Assembly (NCBI GenBank): GCA_028023455.1
Contig: JAQFVV010000006.1
Span: 14,446,001 to 14,510,000 of the forward strand
Direction of reading: 5' to 3'
Source: Epiperipatus broadwayi
Lineage: Eukaryota; Animalia; Onychophora
Length of the DNA stretch: 64,000 bases
Part shown: in pieces, positions 38,159-51,559 of the stretch
Position numbering within the stretch: the stretch's first letter is position 1
Layout of the letters: the number at the start of each line of letters is the position of its first letter
Program-made: the position numbers and the translations under genes
The notes under the pieces: generated by a model
The model's input: only the letters and a program-made list of their open reading frames with translations
Databases searched by the model: none
Told to the model about the DNA's origin: nothing

Positions 38159-38989
38159 CTCTTTTACGGTTTTGGGTGAAAACAAAAACTTAACAATCCT
38201 TACAAGCTTGTTGTTGAAGAAATTAAAATATTGCATCGCCAAGTTCTTCAATAAATAGACTTTGGGACCAGTGTGTATTTGGAAGTTCATAAGTTGATTT
38301 GTATAATTATCATAAAATGAACTTACCATTTTTTTGTTTTTCATTTCTTTTTCCGAAGTTAAAATGGCCAAAACTTGTTTATGAACGGCTGTTAACGATG
38401 AATGAAAAATAACCAACCATATGAGCACAGCCTTTAATGTAACAGTTAATAAGATCACATGGCACTACTGTATGGAGAGAGTTTTGCCTATTTTAAGTTA
38501 ATAAGATATTATAACTTTACTACAAACATATATTTAACCACAAAACATCACATAATCATCACTTTATAACTGAGTGGCATTACTGTATGGAGAGTTTTTC
38601 CCGTTTTGAAACATATATTTAATTGGAGGGAATTTGAACCCTTCCTTCAGTCATCCACTCCATCTTATACAATCAATACACACGACCACATACGTGTGAA
38701 AAAGATAAATGATCTCTAATATATGTATTTCGTGCTGTGCTCTGTTTATAATAAAATAGCAAATCTTCAAACTTTAATGAACAGGTTTCAATCTTCTCCA
38801 CTCTCCAACTCTTGAGCCATCCATACCATTGAATATCTGATGATGGCATGTTCAAAGTCCTTGTTTTTCAATTTTGTTGTCATACCCATGATGACCATAA
38901 ACCATTTTGACTCCTCATATATAGGACCTTAAGTATATATACTACACTTGTATTTAAATAATAATATATGAATGTCAATTTTTTCTATG

Positions 38990-39310
38990 AGCAATTCTTC
39001 TCAATCTACTCTAGAGCCATCTGTTGTAAGTTTGAGTAATCAATAGACACCAGATGGTATAGTGCTACATTTCCATCCCAAGGCCAGTTTCTATATTTTG
39101 TTTTCATCAGTGAGGATTAGGATTCAAAACCAGAATTATTGCACTTAAATTAGATGCATAAGAGCTCCAGTTCCGGCTTTGGATTCTAGTCCTTTCATTG
39201 ATAAAGGCAAAAATTAATCTGATGGGAATGTTATAGCACTAAATGTCTGGCATCTATCGATTACTGAAGCTTACAATTGATGGCTCTAGAGTAGTTGAAG
39301 AGGACTTCTC
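38990..39310. repeat. Family D foldback with degenerate HHR (39076-39116, minus)
   Basis: CTCTAGAGCCATC..GTAAG..AGTAATC inverted to GATTACT..CTTAC..GATGGCTCTAGAG; TCCTCA-CTGATGA...GAA-ACTGGC. Confidence 0.7.
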
Positions 39311-39393
39311 TTGGCAGTAATGAGTCTATAATGAGCTTTCTATATCTATATTGATTTTAGAATTTAGATTGCCTCTATATCTATACTTTATAT

Positions 39394-40395
39394 CAAGGGT
39401 AGGAACTTTTTCTGCCAAGGGCCATTTGAATATTAATAATCTCATTTGCAAGCCACACAAAATTGACTTAAAAATCAACCTACTATATTTGATCAAAAAT
39501 TTAATGAATTTATTCATAAACTTTAACGCTGAGCAACCTTTCCATCTGGCAGGCCAATACCCCATTTAAACGAGAGTCATTATTTTTTTGTGAATTAAAA
39601 ATAAAATAACATCATTATTATTAATGACTGTCCCACATTTAATTACAATTTTTTCAATTCACCTTGAATCTATTTTCATGATATATATTCTTAAATTTCT
39701 TTTTATGTTCTGGACAGATTAATTCTATAGCAGATAGGGTGCAGCCTTCTATAAACTTCCATTCAGAAAATGATTTCAAATTTTCCGCTTTTTTTCCTGA
39801 AATAACTTGCTCGCAGTATTTTTGAACTTATTTGTAAAACATGTCAGCTACTTGATGAAACTCCTTTTTTCAAATTTTCCATTTCAATATTTCTTTTTCC
39901 CCAATAATTTTGCTGTAGTCAGAATGTTTGATAAATAGTCTCTTAATAATATGTTGTTTTTGAATGCACGATTTTCTGTGTCATCCTATTAAAAAAAAAA
40001 TTAAATGCAAAATAATAAAATGAAGTAATATTCGAGTTTTATTTTTGCTAGTTAGACAATCGTCTGCGAAATTCACTATAAAACAAATAAAATGCTCTCA
40101 GTATCATAGATTAAATTCGTAAACAGATAGACCACACAATATAATTTGTTAGAATATTGCACCTCTGATAGAATGAAGTAGAATTATTATATGATTGGAG
40201 AGAGAAAAAGATGTAGTTGAGAAAATAAATATTTTATTTTACTTAATTCTTAATTCAATATTTGCACTGTATGTGCTTGTTAAATAGAAGTTTTACACAG
40301 GTCCATTTTATATATGTTTGTAAAAATATCTGGGGCCAGACTGAGAGTTTTCAATGGCCGGACTTGGCCTATAGACCAGAGGTTTCCCACCCTTG
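39394..40395 (-). mobile_element. Internally deleted hAT element
   Basis: TIRs CAAGGGTAGGAAC / GTTTCCCACCCTTG; TSD CTTTATAT/CTTTAGAT (7/8); minus-strand KSFSEWKFIEGCTLSAIELICPEHKKKFKNI resembles a GTF2IRD2/EPM2AIP1-type transposase N-terminus. Confidence 0.8.
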
Positions 40396-41345
40396 CTTTA
40401 GATGAATAATTTAAAAGAAATATTTGTATCTTAACTTATTATATAGTAGTCCTTATTTCTAATTACGATTATAATAACTGATCAAAAATATCTTATTCTA
40501 CTGTTAGTAATAGTAATTCACTGTATTTACTCTACCTCAGAGCCATCTATCATAAGTTTGGGCAATCCTAAATCCCAAATAGTAATGCTATAATTTATAT
40601 CCTCAAACTAGTCTCTGGCCAACATTATAAGGAGCAGAAATGCATTAAAATCTAACCACAAGTTTAATTCTTTTATATTATTAAGATAATAATCTGGAAG
40701 TTGAAACCAATCATTTGATCTTGAGATGTGTAAGATAAAGCCTAAGATCTTATTATAATTTGGTGCGTCAATTTGTTTCTTAACTCACTGAAAATGTTAA
40801 TCCAACTCTGTTCTTCATTTCCCTGTTCTTACACACTCATAAAACAATTTGCATTGTAGAATTCTTTGCGCAGGCTGTCTTCCTTACAAAAACCGAGGTT
40901 AAATTCTTTTATGATAGTCTTCAAATGGCTGGTAAAAAGTACAACATTTAAATTTAATGGCAAAAGACAATAGACAGGATCTGCATTTGAATTTGAAACT
41001 TATAAATGTACTTGGGCAAGTAACGGAAGACCTTAATAAAATCATCCCTAACATATTTCTACAGGGGTGAATTCGAAAGGTTTAACTTTTTTTCAATGGC
41101 AGTATCAAAAAAAAAATCTATCCCCTATCCTCCCCTGAATTTTATTATCTAAACATTGCATTCCATAATGCTAAGATTAGCAGTTTTAAGAGTTGTGGCA
41201 GATTGAAAGCTAATATTGCAAAAAAAAAAAAAGACATACCCAAACAACAGCCTCTTTTCTGAATCTTCATCCCTGAAATGTATTTTTTAATATTCTTATA
41301 CTTTTGAAATAACTGTTAATAGATAAGTAGTTGCATGTTAGGGAA

Positions 41346-41990
41346 AGCCAATGAGTGGTCACATGACAGACAATCTCTAACCACTCAGCATTACCTTAAT
41401 CAAAAATAGCTTCAACTCTTCCTTTCCTTTTGCTGATAATGAAAAGGATTCATATATATATATATATATGATTATTTCAATATTCCCATCTAATCAGTCA
41501 GACACACATTTTGTGCACTATTCAATAATGATTTGAGTGATTTGCTTTAAGCACAAACACAGAATTATGCTTTCCATAATTCATATTTACATTGTTAGAT
41601 AGCTGGATTTTTAGACATATGGATGTCTGAAAATTTCAGATTTTCTTCTCAATAGTTAGTTATACATTAGCCAATGAGTGGTCATATGACAGACAATCTC
41701 TAACCACTCAGCATTACCTTAATCAAAAATAGCTTCAACTCTTCCTTTCCTTTTGCTGATAATGAAAAGGATTCATATATATATATATATATGATTATTT
41801 CAATATTCCCATCTAATCAGTCAGACACACCTTTTGTGCACTATTCAATAATGATTTGAGTGATTTGCTTTAAGCACAAACACAGAATTATGCTTTCCAT
41901 AATTCATATTTACATTGTTAGCTGTTTAGACATATGGATGTCTGAAAATTTCAGATTTTCTTCTCAATAGTTAGTTATACATTAGATAAA
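41346..41990. repeat. Near-identical ~323-bp tandem duplication
   Basis: AGCCAATGAGTGGTCA..GACAGACAATCTC at ~41346 and ~41669. Confidence 0.9.
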
Positions 41991-42035
41991 GTGCTGGGCT
42001 TGTCCTAGTATTTTTAATCTAATGAATATCCTGGC

Positions 42036-42075
42036 ACCTCACTGATGATGTTAGATGCAGAAACCGGTCTGGGGT
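42036..42075 (+). ncRNA. Minimal type I HHR motif, intact (family B)
   Basis: ACCTCA-CTGATGA-TGT-TAGAT-GCA-GAA-ACCGGT-C-TGGGGT: 6-bp stem I, palindrome ACCGGT, GUC site. Confidence 0.75.
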
Positions 42076-42149
42076 TGAGGATATTCTCAAAGCTTGTTAA
42101 GAGTTTGTTTTGCAAGCTCTATATATAACAATTGTTCACATCATATGAA

Positions 42150-42620
42150 GTTAGATTTTTCATAAAGCCTCTGCATTTGTTCAATCAATTTAAATCATGG
42201 ATAATGTCCCTTGATAACTTATTTGCACAATTCATAATTTTGCAGTGGATATTGTGTTTGGAAAACCAATATCTGCCCATCTGCAACGTTTTTGAAGTAC
42301 TTGCAGCTATTATCAAAAAAGAGATGTAAATTTTGATGTTTAATATCCTTTTCCTTTTGTTTATGCCCTTCTGTGCAAAATTATCTGTCGTTGATAGCAT
42401 TCCTGCGAGCAATAATAAAGTTACATTTACAAAGCATATGATAAGCTTTGTAAATGTTGGAGGGCATAAACTTTAATCCTGAATATAATTTTTCCAATTC
42501 TCTACAAATAAATAGTTCAAGTATTTAGTTTTCTTCTCAGATAAAGTTTACATCATCACTTTCATTTTCGCTCTCACCATTCAATTATATAACAGGATTC
42601 ACTTCGGTAAAAATTTGAAA
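42150..42620 (-). pseudogene. Possible piggyBac-like transposase N-terminal remnant
   Basis: Acidic DESENESDD stretch; ISFLII..MGRYWFS..MNCANKLSRDII resembles the PGBD YW..MSRNRF region. Confidence 0.4.
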
Positions 42621-42842
42621 AGACATGGTAAAAAGTAAAAACAGAAAATTTTACAATCTGAAATTGATATTCCATTATCGATTAGTAAATGTTAAAACTT
42701 TCTTTGAATTATTGTAGGTTTACTTTCAATATTTATCAATGAGTATTTCTAAGTCTAAACTATCAATAATGGCAGTTTATATCTGAAAGGATTTAGTGTG
42801 AATAATACACAATTTAAATTCTGTGATTTTGATTATGAAATA

Positions 42843-44211
42843 CAGGCAGTTCCCTAGTTACGAACTTAATTGGTTCCTGATATATATTTGGAAATTGAAA
42901 TTGTTTGAAAGTAGAGGCATGTAAAAAAAACATCAAAAAGGGTTTTCAAAATACAGTATTTATTGTTATTGATTAGTATCTGGAGTTTTGTTTACAAATT
43001 TATCAAGAGTTAATTGAATTGTATTCTTTTTCTTCTTTTGATAAATAATTCTGTAACATTTTGTCTTTTTCTATTGCCCTTCATACACAAAATATATGCT
43101 CTCCATTGGGATCACATTCTTCCATGATGGTCAAAAATTTGTCAAGATGCATGAAGGTTTCATTCATATTCTTGATTGTCAAACTCTTAATAATAAATTC
43201 ATTATCAGGTTCTTCTTCATTTTGTATCTCATTCATCTCTTGTAGTCTAATCAAGACTTCATTTGACAGGTTCCATTAATTCATCAATATCTTCATCAGT
43301 GGCATTGCTTGCTACAAATTCAACACCAGAGTCTTCTTTTAATTATTTTTTCCAATCTTTATGCAAACTAAGAGCCTTCACTTGAATAACTGATAAACTC
43401 ACTGGGATGCCTTTTTGATGTTGATCTTCAATCCATAAAGCCAAAGATTTCTCCATTTCATCCATTACTCTGCCATGTCTTTTTGAAACAATCTTTGAAG
43501 AAATATTTCCACAATTTTTAACATATTCCTTAATTTTGTTCTTGTTTTTCACAATTGTATATATTGTTGATCGGTTTAAATTACATGAACATGTGATTGA
43601 AGCACTTTTCAGAGCATCTAATTATATCCATTTTTGTCTCGACTGTTTGGGGTTTATGAGACCTCGATTTCTTTTTGGTTTGATCAACACTGCTGCTTTT
43701 TTGTTTCTCACTCATGTTTTTAATTAATAAGAATGAAAAAAATTCACTAAAACAGAATATAATTGCACACAAACTACTTTTAAAAACAAGCGCTAATCAA
43801 AACGATTCTGTTCAAGACAGTTTGTGACAATACTAAAAATAAAAGTAATGTCAGAGAGATGGAAAGATTTATTCTATTTTATATAAGTTCTTATTGTTCT
43901 CTAAAATATACTTTTAATTATTTTCCAAATTCCAAAGTTTATCTTTCTTTAGAAAAAATTCAATTAAGAATGTCAGTAAATAGTTTTTTTTATCAGATAC
44001 TGTAAATTTGTAGCGTTAATTACTAAAAGGATTTTTTTTAATTATTAAAGAATTAAAATACTATACAATTTTGAATGCCCATTTCTTTCTACAGTATATA
44101 GCACTAATTATACATGAAAGTGTGTGCATAGATAAAGATTTAAAGACCAAAAGCGATTACGTAATAGCGAAATGTTTATAACTCGAGTGTTCGTAACTAG
44201 GGGACTACCTG
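42843..44211 (-). mobile_element. Tigger/pogo-like transposon, internally deleted
   Basis: TIRs CAGGCAGTTCCCTAGTTACGAAC / GTTCGTAACTAGGGGACTACCTG; TA at left; psq-HTH (TVETKMDII), CENP-B HTH (MEKSLALWIEDQHQKGIPVSLSVIQVKAL) and acidic C-terminus; DDE region absent. Confidence 0.88.
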
Positions 44212-44667
44212 AATATGAAAAAAGTAAAATATAATTACAGGAGCTGGCAGATCTAAAAAAATATCTATAAGGCGGGAGTTGCAGGGAAGTACTGGGTAAC
44301 TTTAATAGACGTGGTAACTTCACTTTACCTTAGGCAACTACATGATAAGAGACAATAGACAAGAGTGCAAATATATTTCTAAAATCAGTTTTACGATAAC
44401 CCATCTTCACTGCAATTGATACTCTCATATTTTGCATAAACAAAGTGAATGTTAAAAGAAGTGTTTGCATTTCCATTTTAGTTTCTAGACAATCCCTCAA
44501 TACTTATGTAATTAGCTGCAGTGAGGGTAGAAATGCTATCTATCTAATAAATCAATAAGCTATTTACACGATGCTTAATCTATAATAGCAAAAATACGGT
44601 AAAGAAAATATGATTCTATAATGTTTTAATAATTAAATATTAGATTCATTATTAAATTATTTTTTAC

Positions 44668-44761
44668 CTATATTTGTTGGAAAAGGAACTTCGTGAACAG
44701 CTGGATCAAGATTGATTAAATATGGTGGAGACCCTTTATCATGAAGATGTCTTGTTAAACT
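44668..44761 (-). CDS. GPN1: GPN1 exon 2 ([31 protein letters not shown])
   Basis: 94 nt, AG/GT flanks, INLDPAV motif, frame continuous with exon 1. Confidence 0.95.
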
Positions 44762-46553
44762 CTAAAAAAAATAATGTATTCACTAATAACATTTATAATA
44801 TTGTAACAAATGTTTGATTCATGCAAGTTAAACATTCTTTTACAATTTACTAAATAATTTTCAAACCAGATTTAAGCGACAGCATTTTTTAATTTCAGAA
44901 ATAGTTTATTAAAATGCCTAAATATATTTCTTTAAAAAAAAAAAAAAAATTATTTTGAATGAGAATATTTATGCATCCTATATACTAAGATATGAAATGT
45001 TATGTATAAAATATAAATCCTTAAACTGTAAGCTATGACATTATAATGCTCACAGGATCAGTTTTAGGCAAACCCTCCACATCAACTGAGCTAAGTCCCA
45101 AACATCACCAACTGCAAATTGGAAGAGGTTTGAATCTTACTTATATCAAGCATATTTTGTATAAAATCAATCAAAAATTTAAAATAAAAATATTTTACAA
45201 AAATTACCATTTTTATTAATTTACTTATTAATCTGAAAGCTAATAATTATTCAACAAGAATTAAAAAACATTTTCCAGAGTAATAATCTATTTTTGAACA
45301 ATCAGGTAAAGTGTTTGAATAATATTAGATGGTAGGTTATTTAATAATCTCGGAAAAATGATGAGGCAGTTTTTTGTTGGCTACTACGATAATTATTCAG
45401 ACACATAAATAGTGAATTATAGCAAAAGCTTGAGTTGAAATTTAAAATTTGATTAGTCTATATTTTAAATAAATTTACATTGATACTGAGGTAGTTAAGG
45501 CTTTACTTCATTAGCGTTTGAAATCAATAAATATATATATGTGCTTTGCGCACATATAATGAAGCTGCTAATAGTGCTTGAAAATAAGTAATATTATCCA
45601 AATGTTACCGCCAAGCGCTTCCGGGATAGTTCATAGTCCCATTCTTAACTAAATTCCAGTAGCCATGAATATGGGTTAAATGTGTTTGAAAAAAATAACT
45701 CTTTATTTAAACTTTTCAAATACATTCAACCATTAGTAATAGCATACAAGTCAATATATAATACATATAGAGTGGCACTATTCTCTTCTTCGGGATTGTT
45801 GGCAGGAATAAGAATCGAAACTGGATCTTTAGAATTGTTAATATTGAATTTAAGGTGACCCCCCCCCCCAATTAGGCTATTCTGTCAAAATCAACAATCA
45901 GTACAAATTTCACATACTTATCTACGAGTATCCTGATTTTCCAAAACGTAGGATTAATTAGTGACTACCAAACATTATGAATTACCTCATTAGGTTGACT
46001 TAGTTGTCATTATCGTGTGAACATCTTGAATTTTCTTCCTTGTAATTTTTCCTCTGCCCAATATTTGTCTTTTCCCAATCGAACATATGTTTATTGGTAT
46101 ATACATGGTCTACTATTTTAGATTGTTTTTTCTTTTTTAATCATCTAATTGTGTTCTTTTAACTACAATTCAATGGGATGACTGGTTTCACCAGTACATC
46201 CTTCATCATGTTCGTGTGGCATTTAATAGATATAGTTTGTGTCCTTCAGAATTTCAAGTTTAGGTTTTGCCGAGATTGATATTCTTTGTAATATATAGAG
46301 GTTTTGGAAAACTGTTCTGATATTACTATCTTGCAAACAAATCATTTAAAATTTTTAATTTTTAGCATTACATCCTCCAGCTCAACTCTACCAAATATTT
46401 ATTTTCAGAATTTCGTACCTTCCTTTGAAGTAAGAGTAGACCATGGATTCAATGCTAGAAAGAATATGACATCTCCCTATGAAAGTTGCACCGTATCTGT
46501 ATTACGAACAATAATTCATTATATTTTAGACGTAAAAAATAGTAGTCTTTCAA

Positions 46554-46595
46554 ACCCCAGACTAGTTTCTGATTATTGGCTTTCTTCAATGGAGA
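46554..46595 (-). repeat. Degenerate family A HHR
   Basis: TCTCCA-TTGAAGA-AAGC-CAATA-ATCA-GAA-ACTAGT-C-TGGGGT. Confidence 0.6.
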
Positions 46596-47918
46596 GTAAT
46601 GGATTTGCACCCATATACGTAGCTAAGAGCCATCTTTACTCCTTTATACTATTCAAGTTAATGAAAAACCTTGTGTTTTGAATCCAAACCATCTTACTTG
46701 TGTAGATATATAAATCTAATTCTAGGCCATCAATTATATATATATATATTAGTGACTTGAACTATATGATAATCATAAGCAACTTTGGATATGTCCTGAT
46801 ATAAAAATAGAATCTAGATATTCAACCATTATTCATTCAAGAATACCAAACAACTATATATCTATAATCACAAGAGCATGTTAAATTGGAAATAATACAT
46901 TAAATTTAACAATTCAGCCAATCATACACGCCATCTTTGACTTCAGGCTAAAATAACTAGACAACCAATACAATTGCTTCATGATTGTTTAGTTTTACAA
47001 CAAATTCCAATCCTGAGATATAGATTTTAAAATGTAAAACAATGGAACTGGATAGGCTGGTTGTTTTAGTGTAATATCACATCAGTGATTTGATTATTAT
47101 TAAATGTTATTTGAATAATTAACAAATATATATATATCCCAGAATGATTACTCTTCCATTTTAGCCAATGATATTTCTATCTTTCGTTACAAAAGAAAAT
47201 TCATCACCCGATCTGATTTATATAATTTTTTTTTTTTAAAAAAATTATATTTCTAATATACCCAGAAGAAATCAAGTTGCGATCTTTGTTACAGGTGGTA
47301 TCAACAACCAATCTCGTTAACCATCTATCTTCGGTCAGTAAATGTATATCCAACCATTCTTACTAAGAGAACGAGATAACAAAACTGCTCATACCATCTC
47401 CATTCTTCTTCTAAGGGATTGTTGCATTGCAGTGGAGTTATTTAACTGAAGTGTTTACCAGTTAACATATATATATATTCGTTGATTAAATTTAATTATA
47501 TATAATGTATTTGTTAATTTTAATTATACAGACTATACTTGTATATCCCATTTTGCCATCTAGCTTTCACTAATTAGTATAAAAGTGATAATAGAATAAA
47601 TGTATTTAAATATATATATATATCGAGAATATATATAAAAAGGAATAGAATGCCTATAATGTTCGCTAAGTATCCATATTTGTCAATCTTTAATATTTGA
47701 ATACAAGTATAGTGAATCGGTTGTATAGGATGGAGTGGATGACTGTAGGAAGTTTGAAACTGTGTTCAAATCCCCTCTAATTATCAATCTTTGATAGTAT
47801 ATTTTTTTACGGAAAAAACCACAGAAGAATAAAATAAACCTAATTTTATCATTAATGCAAACATTAAATTTTGATAGGAAAATCGTTTTCCTATTAACAT
47901 GCTTTATTTAATGCTTAC

Positions 47919-48104
47919 CTGAACTAAAGTAGTTTTTCCTGATCCTGCCATTCCAAGAATAATAACACATATAGAAGGTTTCGCAGATTTTGTACTACCT
48001 AAATCGACATTTTCAGAACTCTTCAGTTCCGATTCAGTAGAGACCGCACTTTTCATTTCGATATCAGCAGGCATTTGAAACGAAGAACATGTTGCGTATG
48101 CCAT
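47919..48104 (-). CDS. GPN1: GPN-loop GTPase 1, exon 1 (MAYATCSS...ICVIILGMAGSGKTTLVQ, P-loop)
   Basis: ATG at 48104; GMAGSGKTT Walker A motif in GPN1 context; GTAAGC donor at 47918; 186 nt, phase 0. Confidence 0.95.
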
Positions 48105-48154
48105 TTTTTTTAAAATCAAATGATGAATTTTTAAAACACATGAATATATTAAAA

Positions 48155-48345
48155 TTTACTTTACCGGAATAAAAGATAATCGCCGCATCTTATTTTAAAA
48201 AGAAGTCTATTTATTAAATTAAAACCTTCGATTAGTAACGAAGTGACGGCTTCCTGTTAGTATAATCTGCCACCTAGCGATAACGTTGTGGAAGCATAGG
48301 AAGTAGTGATCATGTGATGTTTTGGGGGTTTCTGCCATCTAGCGA
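48155..48345. promoter_or_regulatory. GPN1 promoter region: two CTCF-like motifs, ETS-like sites and an E-box-like TCATGTGA
   Basis: CTGCCACCTAGCG at 48267-48279 and CTGCCATCTAGCG at 48332-48344; ACCGGAAT near 48163; CTTCCTG near 48250; CpG-richer than the flanks, 50-240 bp upstream of the ATG. Confidence 0.55.
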
Positions 48346-49425
48346 CAGGTTAAAAATTCATTACCGTTATAATTTCTGATACAAGGGTATACAAAATATA
48401 TATTGACATTTTATTTATTGTAAATAAAGCGTAAACATACATTTTGAGTATTTACATTAAAAATATATATTTTTCGTTTATCATTGTCATTATCGATTGT
48501 GAATTATAAATGTTATTAATGTGGAGAAATGTTTTTTGCTACGTAATTTCTTTTAAAATGGAGTTTAATAATATATATATACATAATTTTAGAACTGCAT
48601 TTGATTGTAAGGTAGATTAAATCATAGGTTTAGTTCAGAAAGGAGTGTTACTTAGAGGAAGAGACATTACCCCCCATAGTTTGAAGATCGCAGCATCAAA
48701 TCTGTCGAAATTATGCAGTAGAGTATAAGATATCAAGATCGAGAATTATCTCGTATCTCAGACTATCTTCTTCACGTCTCCCTATTTCTTTTGATGGTCG
48801 TATCTCAGACTATCTTCTTCACGTCTCTCTGTTTCTTTTGATTTTCTTTTCAAAAACACCCATTTCTTTGCCTACAATGATCAATGAGTTCTCCCCGCTC
48901 AATTATACCCTACAATCCCATGGCATTTTTTATAATCCTACTGCCTCTTAATTACATGTCCAGTTCAGTTATACTTTTCATAATTTTCATTAATGTTGTA
49001 TGTGTTTAAAAAGTTAATATATATTACAAAATATAAAGGCTGCAGCAAACTTCAGACTGTTTTCTAATTTTAATTAAACCGTATTAATAATTACAAAAGT
49101 CTTTGCTGATCTTAAATAGTCCTCAGTAAACAAAATAAGTAAAAACTAACTTAAGTGCTTAATGCAGTCAGCTTTGTTGCCTAAGAAGTAATCTTGGGAA
49201 AAGGAAAACTGGAGTAGAACAACAGAGCAAGAAGAAAATACGCCCATCGAAGTTGGTATAAAGAAGACAGAAAATTTCAGATTAATAATATGTCAGATAC
49301 TTATCCAATAACTTCCATTACTGGATGTTCAGAAAATGAAAGTAACTATTATACAAGTCACAACTTACTATCATTATTTAGTAAATCTTAGGGCTCAACG
49401 TTGTAAACACTAGCTTTTATTAATA

Positions 49426-49902
49426 GATTACTCTGGTTGGCAGAGGGTGGCACTACTGTATGGAAAGTTTTGCCTGTTTAATAACATGTGCTAGCGTAAG
49501 AGATGGCGATCATGTGACATTTAGTGGTTTAACACCAATCCTGCCAAATAGGCTAGTGGTGGCTATGGTTGTTAAAGAGCCAAAGATACCAAAAATGTAT
49601 AGGTGCTGAATTGAGTTCAGACCCATATGACTATAAAAGTTATTGAGCTTAGATTGAAAATATTGTGTTTTCAATTTCATTCTCATAGTTTTGTAGTTAA
49701 GTAGAGATAAAAGATGGTTGCTGGAGGGTTGCATTAGATCCTAAGATCTAGGTGCAGTGCTCTCAGATCCAAGGAAGGCCACAAGCCAGAAACTAGTCTG
49801 GGAATATGGATGAGTAGGTACTGGATGGGAGGTGTTATGCACAAGGCTTCTGGCATCCATTGATTACTCTGGTTGGCACTACTGTATGGAGAGTTTTGCC
49901 TG
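49426..49902 (+). mobile_element. HHR family A copy of slightly more than one monomer, HHR 5' half deleted
   Basis: GATTACTCTGG at 49426 and 49862 (436-bp period); AGGC-CACAA-GCCA-GAA-ACTAGT-C-TGGG retained at ~49776-49802. Confidence 0.85.
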
Positions 49903-50099
49903 TTTTATTAATAGAATAAGTACTTCTCTATTAAGTTACTAACTTGCTGGCATAATAAGCACAAGTTAAAATTACTTGAGTCAATATATTATTTTGATGC
50001 TTATTTGCATGTCTAATTATCATCATACATAACTATTATCAAGCGTCATGATTGGACATAGCATTAAAAAAAACAACTTGGACTCATTTTTTATTTATA

Positions 50100-50520
50100 T
50101 TCTTTCAACATTTTTTTCATTCTTTTCCAAATACATATATCAAAAGCCTTTTTTCCTACTCAACTTTTTCAATCGTCCATATTGCTATACCACATAGAGC
50201 TATCTCCAAATAAAACAATACTTTTTAAATCTAATTTCAATAATTTACAGAATAATCTCTTATAGGAATGAAAAAGAGATTGCAATTCTAACTCTTTTTT
50301 TATCAGTTTCTTCCATCATCACTTAAACAATATTCCAAATATTTAAACCCATCAAACAGCTTCATAATTTTCTGGCCACTGTTTAGCCTTAATTTTTCTT
50401 CACTTATTTTTAATGCTTTAGTTTTATTGGCATTTATGTTGATCTCAATCTTTCTATAAGTTCCTTCAGTCTTCCGCAACATTTTAACAAGTTCTTTCTG
50501 CAATTTGTAAGTATTTCTAT
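50100..50520 (-). mobile_element. RTE-like LINE reverse transcriptase fragment
   Basis: ININANKTKAL..FKYLEYCLSDDG..KRVRIA..FDICIWKRM. Confidence 0.7.
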
Positions 50521-50900
50521 AACACTAAATCAAACACAATAAATTCCTCTACTCTCAGGAAGATAGTACCATTTTTATACCTTTTTTGGTACTTATGTTT
50601 TCAAATAAATCAAAATGGCAGTCCATATTTTTGATAAATCTAGTTTCAGGCACCTCAGAAAATGTTTACAAAAAAAAGCCTGCTAGGAAACGTATTTATT
50701 AGTTACATTTTATTCTTTATTACTGTTTTTTTTTTTTTTTAAATCATATTACAATATTTACAGTTTTTTTTTATTATTAACTTATTAACAGAAAAATGGA
50801 AAAAATATATAAATACAATAGTAATGAGCATGCCAATAGCTCTTATCAATAAATGCCACAAGAAAAAGCATTTAAGATCTCTATGTAGAAATTATCTCCA

Positions 50901-50942
50901 TCCCCAAACCAGTTTCGAGCTACTGGCTCTCTTCAGTGTGAA
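50901..50942 (-). ncRNA. Minimal HHR motif with canonical G-C-closed stem II
   Basis: TTCACA-CTGAAGA-GAGC-CAGTA-GCTC-GAA-ACTGGT-T-TGGGGA. Confidence 0.6.
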
Positions 50943-51559
50943 ATCAGATTGCGATCATTAGTACAAACTTTTCAGGAGGGCAGGATACCACACCTTTGGA
51001 AATAGTCCACTGCATCATGTTTTGTGACAGGAAGGTCCCAAATTTTTATCATTACCAAAATATGACAATGTTAGGAGCATTGTTTTTTTAAATTTAGCAA
51101 TCATTTTATTAATTTTGTTTTATAGACCTTCAAAATTACATTTCTCAAAACTATGTTGGTTTATTTGAAAATTCACAAAGTACTTTTTTTTTTGTCTATG
51201 TCTTCTAGAAATATTTTATGATTCATATACAATTTTTTTCTTAAATATGTCCACCCACTGCCACCCCCAGTATCTCAAACAAAGTAATTCAATTTACTCT
51301 ATCAAATGTCTTTGTAAGATCAATGAAACAAGTATTAAATATTTTGTCTATCACTTTCTATTTGTCATCAGTAATTCTCACCATTCCTATTGTATTTTTC
51401 CTCTATTTTTTCAGTTTGTTCTGGTGGAAAGGTGACCAGTTCTTTTTCCAAACTGCCTGCAGCCCCATCTCTACATCAATATATGCATTATGCAGCAACA
51501 AAATCTAATTATTCAGCACAAAAAATTTATGGTACTAATATGTTACGAGTTATGACATG

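Noticed and set aside
46304-46681. 125-aa ORF
   Set aside because: No motif, and it overlaps a degenerate family A repeat; probably a chance ORF
48350-51500. Divergent plus-strand protein-coding gene from the GPN1 promoter
   Set aside because: Only weak exon-like patches (~49190-49300, ~51414-51431); no coherent reading frame
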